A DNA stretch of 43,224 nucleotides from Thermodesulfobacteriota bacterium (GCA_034718555.1 JAYEMW010000359.1:1-43224), one strand, 5' to 3'. Positions 1-9,239 are shown, counted from the stretch's first letter. Notes: a model not told the origin generated them from the sequence alone. A program made the numbers and translations.

Positions 1-102
1 TCATACTATAAATAATATAAATTTGTATAATAGATTTTTTAAATACATATATTGATTCTGATAGGGAGAATTAATATGAGAAAAGACGTAACAGTTCAAT
101 GA

Positions 103-134
103 TAAGGGGCAGGAGAAAAAACTCTCCTGCCCTT
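103..134. terminator. GC-rich hairpin, probable intrinsic terminator
   Basis: GGGCAGGAGA-AAAAAC-TCTCCTGCCC inverted repeat downstream of the minus-strand ATPase gene. Confidence 0.5.
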
Positions 135-219
135 GTGCATGTTGTCAAGGCAAGAGATGGTTGCTGCTATTTACTGAGCTAATACGAAAAGATTGTATAT
201 ATGGTGGGTTAGGTTCTTA

Positions 220-942
220 TTAGAGGACCTTCAGGTACTCTTCCCTGTTTTTTAAAAAATTTTTATATATTTGATAATGTTCAGTGTTTTCGTAGTCAAT
301 GTGTTCTACAGGTGTATTGTCGAAGTTGTAAATTTTTGCATTAGGGCATGCCATAAGAATGGGGGAATGGGTAGCAATAATAAACTGAGCATGACCTGCC
401 TCGCTCATGTTCGTCAGTATTTTTAGCATGCCTAACTGGCTTTTTGGTGATAGGGCAGTCTCAGGTTCATCCAAAAAATAGATTCCCTTGATTTGGTATC
501 GCTTCCTGAAAAATGACATGAGGGATTCGCCGTGAGATTGGGTTATCAAAGATTTCCCACCAAAATATTTTAACACGTCAGGCGTTTCCGATGCCCATTC
601 ATCCACAATTTGTGAAAAATTCTGGAATGTTTCCGATGCAAAAAACGAACCTGGAACACGACCATCAGACCATTCAATATCAATAGCCCTGTACAGCATG
701 CCCTCATAGGGATTATTCTCAAACCGCCGTCTGTCCTCATATTCTCCCCATATGTGTATACCGGATTTTTTGCATGCGGCCCTCAAAAGGGTAGATTTAC
801 CTGTGCCGTTTTCTCCGACGAAAAAGGTCACCGGAGAAAAAAACTCTATACTTTTGGTTTGATGAAAAACATTGAGATTAAATGGATAATATTTTCTGGT
901 TGGAAATTTATCCGGATAAATATTAATTTTATTTAAATGCAT
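220..942 (-). CDS. ABC/AAA-type predicted ATPase (COG3910-like)
   Basis: Walker A GENGTGKST, QSHGES signature, Walker B YFLDEPETALSP, H-loop IATHSPIL. Confidence 0.85.
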   Translation of the reverse strand: MHLNKINIYPDKFPTRKYYPFNLNVFHQTKSIEFFSPVTFFVGENGTGKSTLLRAACKKSGIHIWGEYEDRRRFENNPYEGMLYRAIDIEWSDGRVPGSFFASETFQNFSQIVDEWASETPDVLKYFGGKSLITQSHGESLMSFFRKRYQIKGIYFLDEPETALSPKSQLGMLKILTNMSEAGHAQFIIATHSPILMACPNAKIYNFDNTPVEHIDYENTEHYQIYKNFLKNREEYLKVL

Positions 943-968
943 TATATTGTTCCTTGATTGTCAAAGGT

Positions 969-1166
969 TTGATGGACTCGTAAAAAGTCGAAAAATTTTC
1001 TTTTCCGTCATTCCGGCGAAAGCCGGAATCCAGTAAATTCAATACGTTCTGGATGCCGGATCAAGTCCGGCATGACGATTTCGAGACTTCTAAGTAAGTA
1101 CTCAAGTTACTTTTAGATATGTGGCCGTACTCAGCGGTCTGAAGTCGCTTTTTACGAGATTGCCAA
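969..1166. mobile_element. Family R1 MITE (CGTC-REP doublet in TIRs) carrying a 58-bp secondary insert in its right TIR
   Basis: TTGATGGACTCGTAAAAAGTC ... GACTT[insert]TTTACGAGATTGCCAA; internal hairpins CGTCATTCCGGCGAAAGCCGGAATCC and GGATGCCGGATCAAGTCCGGCATGACG; insert-free homolog at 26024-26159. Confidence 0.85.
1090..1147 (-). mobile_element. Family R2 mini-insert (58 bp) flanked by duplicated CTT
   Basis: Near-identical to the reverse complement of 39856-39910; removing it plus one CTT restores GAGACTTTTTACGAG. Confidence 0.8.
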
Positions 1167-1195
1167 GGCTTAATTATATTTATATTTGGTTACTG

Positions 1196-1672
1196 TCACC
1201 CCTGCTCATAGGCTCTTTTCCATGGGGTATTTTTATATGCATTATAGTCAATTATTGCCATGTTTAATGAATCTTTGGCTAATTTAGCACAGTGAACAAA
1301 CTGCTCAGGCAATCCCCCCAACTCTTTTAAAATATCATCCTGGGAAATCCTGAGGGCCGACCCAATGGTTTTGCCCTTGATCATCTCAGTCAGGATGCTC
1401 CCGGAGGAAACAGATCCTATGCAAACATCGCTTACATAGGATACGTTTTGAATTATATTATTATTAACCTTAATCCAAACCCACATTGAATCTCCGCATG
1501 ATCCGGTAAATTTATTGGAATATCCGTCATAGTCTTTCATCTGTCCAAAATTTCTTGGGTTTAACCAATGGTCAATAACTATTTCCGAATAGCCATCTTT
1601 ACTTAATTCATTGATTACATTTTGCTGCTCCTCTGCTAATTCATTCATTTTAAATGCTCCTTCCTTCCCCAA
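1196..1672 (-). CDS. IscU/NifU N-terminal-like Fe-S scaffold protein
   Basis: DHWLNPRNFG, SCGD, DVCIG and VHCA give three conserved Cys; the real start may be the ATG of MNELAEE. Confidence 0.8.
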   Translation of the reverse strand: MGKEGAFKMNELAEEQQNVINELSKDGYSEIVIDHWLNPRNFGQMKDYDGYSNKFTGSCGDSMWVWIKVNNNIIQNVSYVSDVCIGSVSSGSILTEMIKGKTIGSALRISQDDILKELGGLPEQFVHCAKLAKDSLNMAIIDYNAYKNTPWKRAYEQG

Positions 1673-1860
1673 CGTTGCCTGATAATAGTGCCTTGTTATG
1701 CCAAAAGCAAGGGATATAAGCGATATTCGTAATCAAGAAAATCAAAAACTGCTTATTTTTCTAAGAAATTGATGTTATATTACAGAAATACATTTATTTG
1801 TGAAGCTCAAATATGCACATTAGCGAATCCTGATATCATCGGAATAGGAAAAATATTACA

Positions 1861-3828
1861 ATGGCTAAAAAATCGGATAAAGACTCTGCTGAAACCGGAC
1901 GCACAAAACAACCTATTAAAGAGGGCGAATTGTTCTATCAAGGCCTTTATGAAAACGCACCTGTTGCATATTTTTCTATCAGCGCTGATGATGGTTCTGT
2001 TTTGAGATGCAACTCTGCGGCCCTAAATTTATTAGGATACGGCAGGGAGACATTGATAGGCAAAAAGGTGCTTGATCTATACGCAGAGACCCTTGACGGC
2101 AGGGCCAAGGCAAAGGAAATCTATCATCGATTCAAGTCAGGTGAACCAATCAGAGGCATCGAGCTGCAAATAAAACACGTTAACGGCCAACCTATCTGGG
2201 TTAGCCTCTTCGTAGAGCCTGTGAAAGATAATAATGGTAAAGTCCTTAATAGCATATCAATGGTTATAGATATTACAGAACGTAAGAGAGCAGAGAAAGA
2301 GATTGAAAGACGAAACAGGGAACTTTCTTCCCTTAATATCGTTGCTGTAACTATCAGTAAATCCTTAGTCCTAAAAGAGGTATTGGACGCTACCTTAAAA
2401 ACAGTCCTGGATTTAATGGAACTGAAATCAGGATGGATATTGTTGAGGGATCGCTGGACTAATAAGCTTGTCCTGGCCAGTCATATCGGTATGACGGAAA
2501 AATTTGTCCGGGAGGAGGCCAAAGAACCCTTGGTAGACTGTATTGGACTGCATGTTATGCAAATGAAAGAAACTCTCATCGCTGAGAATGTTCTGGAGTG
2601 CCCGAGACTTTCAAGATCATTGATAAAAGGGGAAAAGATGGCTTGTCACGCCTCCGCCCCCTTAATATCCAAAGATGAGGTTGTTGGCGTAATGAACCTT
2701 GCATGCAAGGAATTTCAATCTTTTTCTGAAAGAGAGTTAGATTTTCTCACTGCCGTAGGCCGTCAGGTCGGTGTAGCCATTGAAAATGCCAGACTTTTTG
2801 AAGAAATCAATGGAAAATCCATTAAGCTAAAAAAGGCCTATGAACAACTCAAGACAGAGAGAGAAAAGACAAAATCACTAAAAAAGGCCCTTGATGATAA
2901 ATTCGGCCTGCAGAATATAGTAGGCAAGAATCATAAGATGAAGGCTATCTATGATTTAATAGAGGATATCTCAAAGAGTGATTCCGCCGTCCTTATCCAG
3001 GGAGAGAGCGGCACGGGAAAGGAACTTATTGCACGGGCGATTCATCTCCTGAGTTCCCGCAGGGATAGACCTTTTGTTGTGGCCAATTGTTCCGCCTATG
3101 CAGAGAGCTTGCTTGAGAGCGAGCTGTTTGGCCATGAAAAGGGCGCCTTCACCGGTGCTATAAGGATGAAAAAGGGCAGATTCGAACTGGCAGACGGAGG
3201 GACCATATTTTTAGATGAGATTGGGGAGATACCTTCCATTACCCAACTTTTATTGCTCAGGGTATTGCAGGAAAAGAATTTTGAACGAGTAGGCGGAGAA
3301 AAAACCATTCAGGTAGATGTAAGGGTGATCGCCGCCACCAACCGTAACCTGAATAAGGAGATGATGGATGGCAGATTTAGAGAAGACCTGTATTACAGGC
3401 TAAATGTAATCCCCCTGATAGTTCCCCCCTTAAGGGATAGAAAAGACGATATTCCACTTTTAGCCGATCATTTCCTTGAAATTTATTCCATTGCCAATAA
3501 AAAACATATCACAGGCTTTTCCAGTGGTGTTATGCAAATCATTATGGAACATGACTGGCCGGGAAACGTGAGGGAATTGCAAAATGCAGTGGAACATGCT
3601 GTTATTCTTTCCAAGAGAGATATAGTTGAAGAGATTGATTTGCCCCATAACCTGAAAGAAAAATTTAAGAGGCCCGAGGCTGGTACATTTTCCCTGAGAG
3701 ATGCGGAAAAAGATCTTATCCTGAGGGTCTTAGAGGATACCAATGGAAACAAATACCGGGCTGCAAAAATACTGGGGGTCACCAGGAGCACCCTATATGG
3801 AAAGATGAAGAAACACGGAATTCCATAA
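1861..3828 (+). CDS. Sigma54-dependent enhancer-binding protein (PAS-GAF-AAA+-Fis HTH)
   Basis: PAS/PAC ending DITERK, GAF region, GESGTGKE, ESELFGHEKGAFTGA, FLDEIGE, WPGNVRELQN, C-terminal HTH. Confidence 0.95.
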   Translation: MAKKSDKDSAETGRTKQPIKEGELFYQGLYENAPVAYFSISADDGSVLRCNSAALNLLGYGRETLIGKKVLDLYAETLDGRAKAKEIYHRFKSGEPIRGIELQIKHVNGQPIWVSLFVEPVKDNNGKVLNSISMVIDITERKRAEKEIERRNRELSSLNIVAVTISKSLVLKEVLDATLKTVLDLMELKSGWILLRDRWTNKLVLASHIGMTEKFVREEAKEPLVDCIGLHVMQMKETLIAENVLECPRLSRSLIKGEKMACHASAPLISKDEVVGVMNLACKEFQSFSERELDFLTAVGRQVGVAIENARLFEEINGKSIKLKKAYEQLKTEREKTKSLKKALDDKFGLQNIVGKNHKMKAIYDLIEDISKSDSAVLIQGESGTGKELIARAIHLLSSRRDRPFVVANCSAYAESLLESELFGHEKGAFTGAIRMKKGRFELADGGTIFLDEIGEIPSITQLLLLRVLQEKNFERVGGEKTIQVDVRVIAATNRNLNKEMMDGRFREDLYYRLNVIPLIVPPLRDRKDDIPLLADHFLEIYSIANKKHITGFSSGVMQIIMEHDWPGNVRELQNAVEHAVILSKRDIVEEIDLPHNLKEKFKRPEAGTFSLRDAEKDLILRVLEDTNGNKYRAAKILGVTRSTLYGKMKKHGIP

Positions 3829-3883
3829 ATCCACGATAATTGAATGTCAGATTATTTCCAGTCCCTTAGAAGGACAGGAAGGG

Positions 3884-4030
3884 CTATCCTGTTTTTTGCA
3901 TTAGCAACCATTCCCAGGCCGGTATAATGTTCAATGTGTATTGCCCATGGGTCTCCACTCGTTTTATTAAATCAGGAAGGGCTGATTCATGAAACTCCTT
4001 GATAACAATCTTAAGATTTTCTTTTATCAT
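3884..4030 (-). pseudogene. 48-aa internally deleted remnant of a COG1373-like AAA+ ATPase
   Basis: Manual translation MIKENLKIVIKEFHESALPDLIKR-VETHGQYTLNIIPAWEWLLMQKTG; the two halves resemble the N- and C-termini (IIPAWxWLL) of that family. Confidence 0.5.
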
Positions 4031-4115
4031 AATGATTTTTTAGAGGCTTTCCGTTTTTAATTAACTTTAATTTTATGTAAAACAAGAAGCATAGTTATTG
4101 TTTTATAAGAAAAAC

Positions 4116-4240
4116 TTAACTACTCACGTAGTCAGGCTGAAGGTGCTTAGACTGAAGGCTGAAGAGGTCCAAAAGGCACGATTGACGTACTTTGGTGGAA
4201 AGAGAGCAGATTTTCGCACCAAAAATGGTTCCAAAACGAG
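4116..4240 (+). mobile_element. Truncated GTAA-ended MITE (family R4), left part only
   Basis: Close match to 11898-12022 (ACTACTCACGTAGTCAGGCTGAAGG...CAAAACGAG), with GCTGAAG/ACTGAAG heptads. Confidence 0.75.
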
Positions 4241-4587
4241 TATAAAAAAATAGGAGGGTCTGCTCTTGACTCACTTTAAGGTCATGCTTCAACTGACTTA
4301 TATATCAACCTATTTATTATTTAGATTGCGATCTTACCGTATATTTCTTTTGACTTTAACATAAATACACTGTGAGAACTTCCGTAAAAGAAATGATATT
4401 CTAAGAAGTTAAGATTGTTGGAGGGGATCTACACGGTAAATACGTCTGCAAGATAAATGACATTTCTCTTTTTCCTTATGTGAAATGTTTCTAATCTTAT
4501 ATCAATATACAACTTGAATGATAAAATGATCAAGGAAAAACTTTCTACCTGTGCAGTTGGATTTGATCTTGTAATTTCAATTACTTT

Positions 4588-4814
4588 TTCACCACCCGCT
4601 TCGCTCGAGACACAGAGATCGCAGAGGTTCTTTTTCATTTGCCGCTGACCCGCCACAAAGATTGGCGGGCAGGGATGGCAGCAAATGAAAACCATCCAGC
4701 CCTGCGGGCACCAGGAACTATTGCAGCGAAGCTGCTGAGCGATTTCCCTTTGCCGGTCTCTCGACGGCAAAGGGAAAATAATCTATCTCTGCACTCTCTG
4801 CGTCTTGCGGTGAA
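4588..4814. repeat. MITE-like element with 9-mer terminal repeats and an internal palindrome
   Basis: TTCACCAC...GCGGTGAA ends, GACACAGAG/ATCGCAGAG vs CTCTGCAC/CTCTGCGTC arrays, internal CCCGCCACAAAGATTGGCGGG (related palindromes near 24348 and 27812). Confidence 0.55.
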
Positions 4815-4898
4815 TATACGATATATTGATAGCCTGAGAATGCGCCCTTATTCCGGCTCATATCTAATGCAGTAATTCTCATTTTGGAATAATTTTTC

Positions 4899-5085
4899 AG
4901 CCACAGATCCACACAGACATTTTGACCGAAGAAGTCGCTTGGCCAAATGGCATCATCGCTTTACGAAAATGATAACACTTTCTTATGCAGATTGATGACG
5001 ATTTTTGCCCGAATGATATAGCGATTAAACAGATGACCGTGTCGGTCACCTGTTTGTCCGTGTCCGTCTGCGTGGGTCCGTGGCT
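4899..5085 (+). mobile_element. Family R5 MITE (AGCCACAGA...CCGTGGCT)
   Basis: Shares ends and the first hairpin with copies at 34414, 35356 and 36815. Confidence 0.65.
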
Positions 5086-5237
5086 AAGTCTCTTATTTCG
5101 CTATAATTAGAATGGCTGTATCAAATGACTTTTGCTTGACAGACATTGTGTTTTAAAATAGATTTTAACGGGTTTGTCAAAATTGCTTTGCATAAAAAGA
5201 AGGGAAAGGCGAGCATTTGTAAAGAGGGAGGGGTTAA

Positions 5238-8027
5238 ATGGCGAAACTCGATGAATTAACAGAAATCGGTCAGTCCGTTTGGTTGGATTACATACGTCGA
5301 TCTTTCATTATATCAGGTGAGTTGGGGGAACTGATTGGCAAAGGCCTTCGAGGGGTTATCTCGAATCCTGCAATCTTTGCCTGGGCAATTTCCGACAGCG
5401 CTGATTATGATGGGGCCATGAAGTTATTATTAGAGCAGGGAAAGCAGGATATAGAAATCTATGAGGATATGGTTTTTGATGATATTAGGAAAACTGCGGA
5501 TTTGCTTCTTCTGGTTTACAAGAATACAGACGGCATTGATGGTTATGTGAGCCTGGAGATTAATCCGTCCCTGGCCTTTGATACGGATGGCACTGTTTTC
5601 GAGGCTCGACGTCTTTTTTCCATATTGGGACGTCCCAATGTGATGATCAAAATACCTGCCACTAATGAAGGAATACCGGCTATCCAGACCCTCATTGAAG
5701 AGGGCATTAATATAAATGCAACCTTCATATTTTCCCTTGCTCAATACCAGGCCGTTTCCAATGCCTACATAAATGGTCTTGAGAGATCGCAAAAGGCTAA
5801 TGATGATTTATTAAAGGTTGCATCAGTGGCCTCTATTTCAATAAACAGTCTGGACACAATAGTTGATCTTGCCCTTGAGGAAAGTGGCCATACCCAATTA
5901 TCAGGAAAGTTTGCCATTGCAAATGCTAAGGAAATATACAGACACTTTCTTGAGACATTAACATGGGATACCTGGAAACGGATTGCCGATCAAGGGGCAA
6001 GGCCGCAGCGATTGTTATGGGACAGCGCTGGAGTAAAAAATCCCAGCTATACAGACACCCTTTACATGGACAGTCTTATAGGACGTTTTACTGTTAGTGG
6101 AGTGCCGCCTGCCACACTTCAGGCCTTCCTTGATCATGGCAAGGTGTCTGAAAATTTAGAGGATGGTTTTGATGAAGCCCATGCTTATTATGAAGGCTTG
6201 TCAGATTTAGGTATAGACATTGGGCTCATTACACGACAATTGCAGAAAGATAGTATTGCGGCACTTTCCGTTACATTTGATGGCTTAATAACCAGCATTG
6301 GAGAAAAACGTAAATACTTAAGGGCCGGCCGGCAGAATGCCTCATTTGGTCTCGGAAGGTACGAGGAAGTATTTGAAAGATCCATGAAGGGGCTGAAAGA
6401 TAATAGGGTGATGTCCCGGATTTGGTCTCATGACCACACAGTATGGAAAACAGATCCAGTGGGAATAAAAGATCGTTTAGGCTGGCTCCATAGCCCGGAG
6501 ATTATGACTGGAACAATTAAACGCCTTAAATATTTTGTCCAGGATGTGCTTTCCGACGAATATACCCATGCATTACTATTAGGGATGGGTGGCTCCAGTA
6601 TGGCCCCTGATGTATTTCAAAAGATATTCGGCGTGAAAGAGGGCTATTTGAATCTAAATGTCCTTGACAGCACTGATCCTGGCGCTGTAATGGCTCAAGC
6701 AGACAGACTTGATCCTGCAAAAACCCTTTTTATTGTATCAACCAAGTCAGGCACCACAGTGGAAACACTTTCATTTTTCAAGTTTTTTTATAATCGTGTT
6801 GCTGCAGTTGTGGGAGAGCAGGATGCAGGAAGACACTTCATTGCTATAACTGATTCAGGAACTCCCCTTGCGGAGCTTGCCGAGCGCAGACATTTTCGTC
6901 AATCCTTTATTAACGACCCAAACATTGGAGGGCGCTATTCGGTTCTGTCTTACTTTGGATTGGTGCCGGCTGCCCTGATTGGTGTAAATATAGGAACCTT
7001 ACTTAACCGGGCCATGGCCATGGTTTGCAATTGTGATAGCTGTAATTTTATGGCCGAAGGTAATAATAATTGTGCGAAACTTGGCGTGGCCATTGGGGAA
7101 CTGACAAAGGCCGGAAGGGAAAAGCTAACATTCGTCTTATCCCCTGAAATAGAGAGTTTTTCTGATTGGATTGAGCAGCTTATTGCAGAGAGTACCGGCA
7201 AGGAGGGGAAGGGGATACTGCCGGTTACAGGTGAATTAATAGGTTCATCTGAGAGCTATGGAAAGGATCGTACATTTGTGCAAATTAGCCTGAAGGGACA
7301 TGACACCCAGGATGTGGCAATAGATGAACTGGAGAGATCCGGCCAATCTGTAATACGTTTATCTCTCCGTGATTCTTACGACCTTGGCGGGCAGTTTTTT
7401 CTGTGGGAGATGGCAGTGGCAGTGGCCGGGCATTGTCTTGGGATTAATCCTTTTGATCAGCCAAACGTAGAGGCTGCAAAGGTGCTTGCCCGCGAAATAG
7501 TTGCTGAATACAAAGAAAAAGGTTCACTTCCAATAGAAAGCCCATGGTTAGAGGATGCTGATATTACAGTCTACGGTGAAGAACAGGGCAAGACACCGGA
7601 GGAGGCGTTAATCAGCTTTCTCAGTCGTGCCATGCCGGGGGCTTACGTGTCCATCCAGGCATACGTGAAGCCAACTGTTGAAACATACGCTGCCATGCAG
7701 AAATTCCGAACAAGATTGCGAGACAGGTTTCGAATGGCAACTACATTCGGGTATGGTCCACGTTTTCTCCATTCTACCGGCCAACTTCACAAGGGTGACA
7801 GCGGTAAAGGTTTTTTTATCCAGTTTACGGTTGATGATCAGCAAGATGTGCCGATACCTGAGGAGGCAGGATCATCTATTTCGTCTATGACCTTTGGTGT
7901 GCTCAAGGCAGCTCAGGCGAGTGGAGACAGAAAAGCGCTGTTGAACGCCGGTAGACAGGTGATACGTTTCCACTTAAAGGGTGATGTAATTCAGGGGGTG
8001 AACCGCCTGAGTGAGGCATTTGTTTAA
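5238..8027 (+). CDS. tal-pgi: Bifunctional transaldolase / glucose-6-phosphate isomerase fusion
   Basis: GQSVWLD, SLEINP, NVMIKIPAT (Schiff-base Lys); PGI motifs GMGGSS, STKSGTTVET, GGRYSVLS, EQLIAESTGKEGKG, NPFDQPNVE, HSTGQLHKG. Confidence 0.9.
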   Translation: MAKLDELTEIGQSVWLDYIRRSFIISGELGELIGKGLRGVISNPAIFAWAISDSADYDGAMKLLLEQGKQDIEIYEDMVFDDIRKTADLLLLVYKNTDGIDGYVSLEINPSLAFDTDGTVFEARRLFSILGRPNVMIKIPATNEGIPAIQTLIEEGININATFIFSLAQYQAVSNAYINGLERSQKANDDLLKVASVASISINSLDTIVDLALEESGHTQLSGKFAIANAKEIYRHFLETLTWDTWKRIADQGARPQRLLWDSAGVKNPSYTDTLYMDSLIGRFTVSGVPPATLQAFLDHGKVSENLEDGFDEAHAYYEGLSDLGIDIGLITRQLQKDSIAALSVTFDGLITSIGEKRKYLRAGRQNASFGLGRYEEVFERSMKGLKDNRVMSRIWSHDHTVWKTDPVGIKDRLGWLHSPEIMTGTIKRLKYFVQDVLSDEYTHALLLGMGGSSMAPDVFQKIFGVKEGYLNLNVLDSTDPGAVMAQADRLDPAKTLFIVSTKSGTTVETLSFFKFFYNRVAAVVGEQDAGRHFIAITDSGTPLAELAERRHFRQSFINDPNIGGRYSVLSYFGLVPAALIGVNIGTLLNRAMAMVCNCDSCNFMAEGNNNCAKLGVAIGELTKAGREKLTFVLSPEIESFSDWIEQLIAESTGKEGKGILPVTGELIGSSESYGKDRTFVQISLKGHDTQDVAIDELERSGQSVIRLSLRDSYDLGGQFFLWEMAVAVAGHCLGINPFDQPNVEAAKVLAREIVAEYKEKGSLPIESPWLEDADITVYGEEQGKTPEEALISFLSRAMPGAYVSIQAYVKPTVETYAAMQKFRTRLRDRFRMATTFGYGPRFLHSTGQLHKGDSGKGFFIQFTVDDQQDVPIPEEAGSSISSMTFGVLKAAQASGDRKALLNAGRQVIRFHLKGDVIQGVNRLSEAFV

Positions 8028-8029
8028 CC

Positions 8030-8277
8030 GTAACCGTTCACGGTTCAAAGGTTCAGGGGTTCAAAGGTTTTATTTTTATCACCTTAAGCCATTTTGTAAG
8101 CGTTTTGTACGTGAAAACCGACCGTTTTCACATACCCACAAACCTGGAACATGGTATTTGGTAATTATGTGGCAAAACCCGCATTTTTTACGAGCCTTAT
8201 TTGGGATTCAATTTCAGTCTTTTCCCTAACCTTGAATCCCGCTTTCAGCGGGAAACCCTGAACCTGTGAACGGTTAC
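8030..8277. mobile_element. Family R3 MITE with 12-bp TIR and 8-bp target duplication
   Basis: GTAACCGTTCAC...GTGAACGGTTAC flanked by GTTTAACC at 8022-8029 and 8278-8285; GGTTCAA/GGTTCAG heptads inside the ends. Confidence 0.85.
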
Positions 8278-8411
8278 GTTTAACCTTTGGTTCTACTGAC
8301 CGGTATAACAGGTCTTTGGTAAGAGTTTAAGAAATATTGCACCAGCGTCTTTTTATGTGGTGATGATGTATTAAGGGACAATGAAGGCATAATCAGAAAG
8401 GGCGAAATATA

Positions 8412-9071
8412 ATGATAGAAATCGAAGCATCTGTTTTATCAGCAGATTTTGGACGGTTAAGTGAACAGGCAAGTGAGGCGGAAAAGGCAGGCATTGATGG
8501 TATACAGATTGATGTTATGGATGGGCAATTTGTGCCAAACATAACCTTTGGTTCGGGTGTTGTCCGTGCCCTCCGTAAGGTAGTGAAGGTTACATTAGAT
8601 ATACATTTGATGATTGTTGACCCGGAGCGCTTCACACAGGATTTCATTGAGGCAGGAGCAGACCGTATATTTATCCATCAGGAGGCGTGCACACACTTAC
8701 ACCGCACATTACAGGATATCCATAATCAAAAAATCGAGGCAGGTGTGACAATGAACCCTGGCACCTCCCTGTCGGTCCTGGAGGAAGTGTTGGATTTTAC
8801 TGATATAATCCAGATAATGACTGTAAATCCGGGCCTTGGAGGGCAGAAGTTTATCCATGGACAACTTAACAAAATCAGCAGGCTTCGGGAAATGCTGGAA
8901 AAACGTGGCTTCAAAACACCTATTGCCGTTGACGGAGGGATAGATACGATAACGGCATCGCTTGCGGTAAATGCCGGTGCCACCACTCTTGTAGCAGGAT
9001 CAAGCATATATAATGCCAGGGCTTCGGTGGCACAAAACTTGGCGGAATTAAGGGAGAGTATAAAAATATAG
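8412..9071 (+). CDS. rpe: Ribulose-phosphate 3-epimerase
   Basis: SVLSADF, DVMDGQFVPNITFG, DIHLMI, MTVNPGLGGQKF, VDGGI, VAGS. Confidence 0.93.
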   Translation: MIEIEASVLSADFGRLSEQASEAEKAGIDGIQIDVMDGQFVPNITFGSGVVRALRKVVKVTLDIHLMIVDPERFTQDFIEAGADRIFIHQEACTHLHRTLQDIHNQKIEAGVTMNPGTSLSVLEEVLDFTDIIQIMTVNPGLGGQKFIHGQLNKISRLREMLEKRGFKTPIAVDGGIDTITASLAVNAGATTLVAGSSIYNARASVAQNLAELRESIKI

Positions 9072-9085
9072 AGTATAACTTTTCG

Positions 9086-9114
9086 TTGACACACAATCAT
9101 AAACTCCATATACT
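9086..9114 (+). promoter_or_regulatory. Sigma70-type promoter for the permease
   Basis: TTGACA-17 nt-TATACT. Confidence 0.6.
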
Positions 9115-9239
9115 GCTTTTCCAGAAAATCAAGGAAATTATCTTTAATGAAAAGGAGGTGATGAAAAAAGAGGGTTTGTTGCAAGATAGACAAGGCTGTT
9201 TAAACTTATTATCTAAAACCTTAAAAGGGGGTATAAGAA

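Noticed and set aside
76-102. Tiny ORF MRKDVTVQ with an RBS before the hairpin, as a leader peptide
   Set aside because: No downstream plus-strand gene to attenuate and no codon enrichment.
1688-1704. Sigma54 -24/-12 promoter for the IscU-like gene (TGGCATAACAAGGCA, minus strand)
   Set aside because: GG and GC are 9 nt apart; sigma54 needs 10.
4429-4912. Short ORFs 4429-4770, 4639-4875 and 4718-4912
   Set aside because: They run through repeat elements and have no recognisable motifs.
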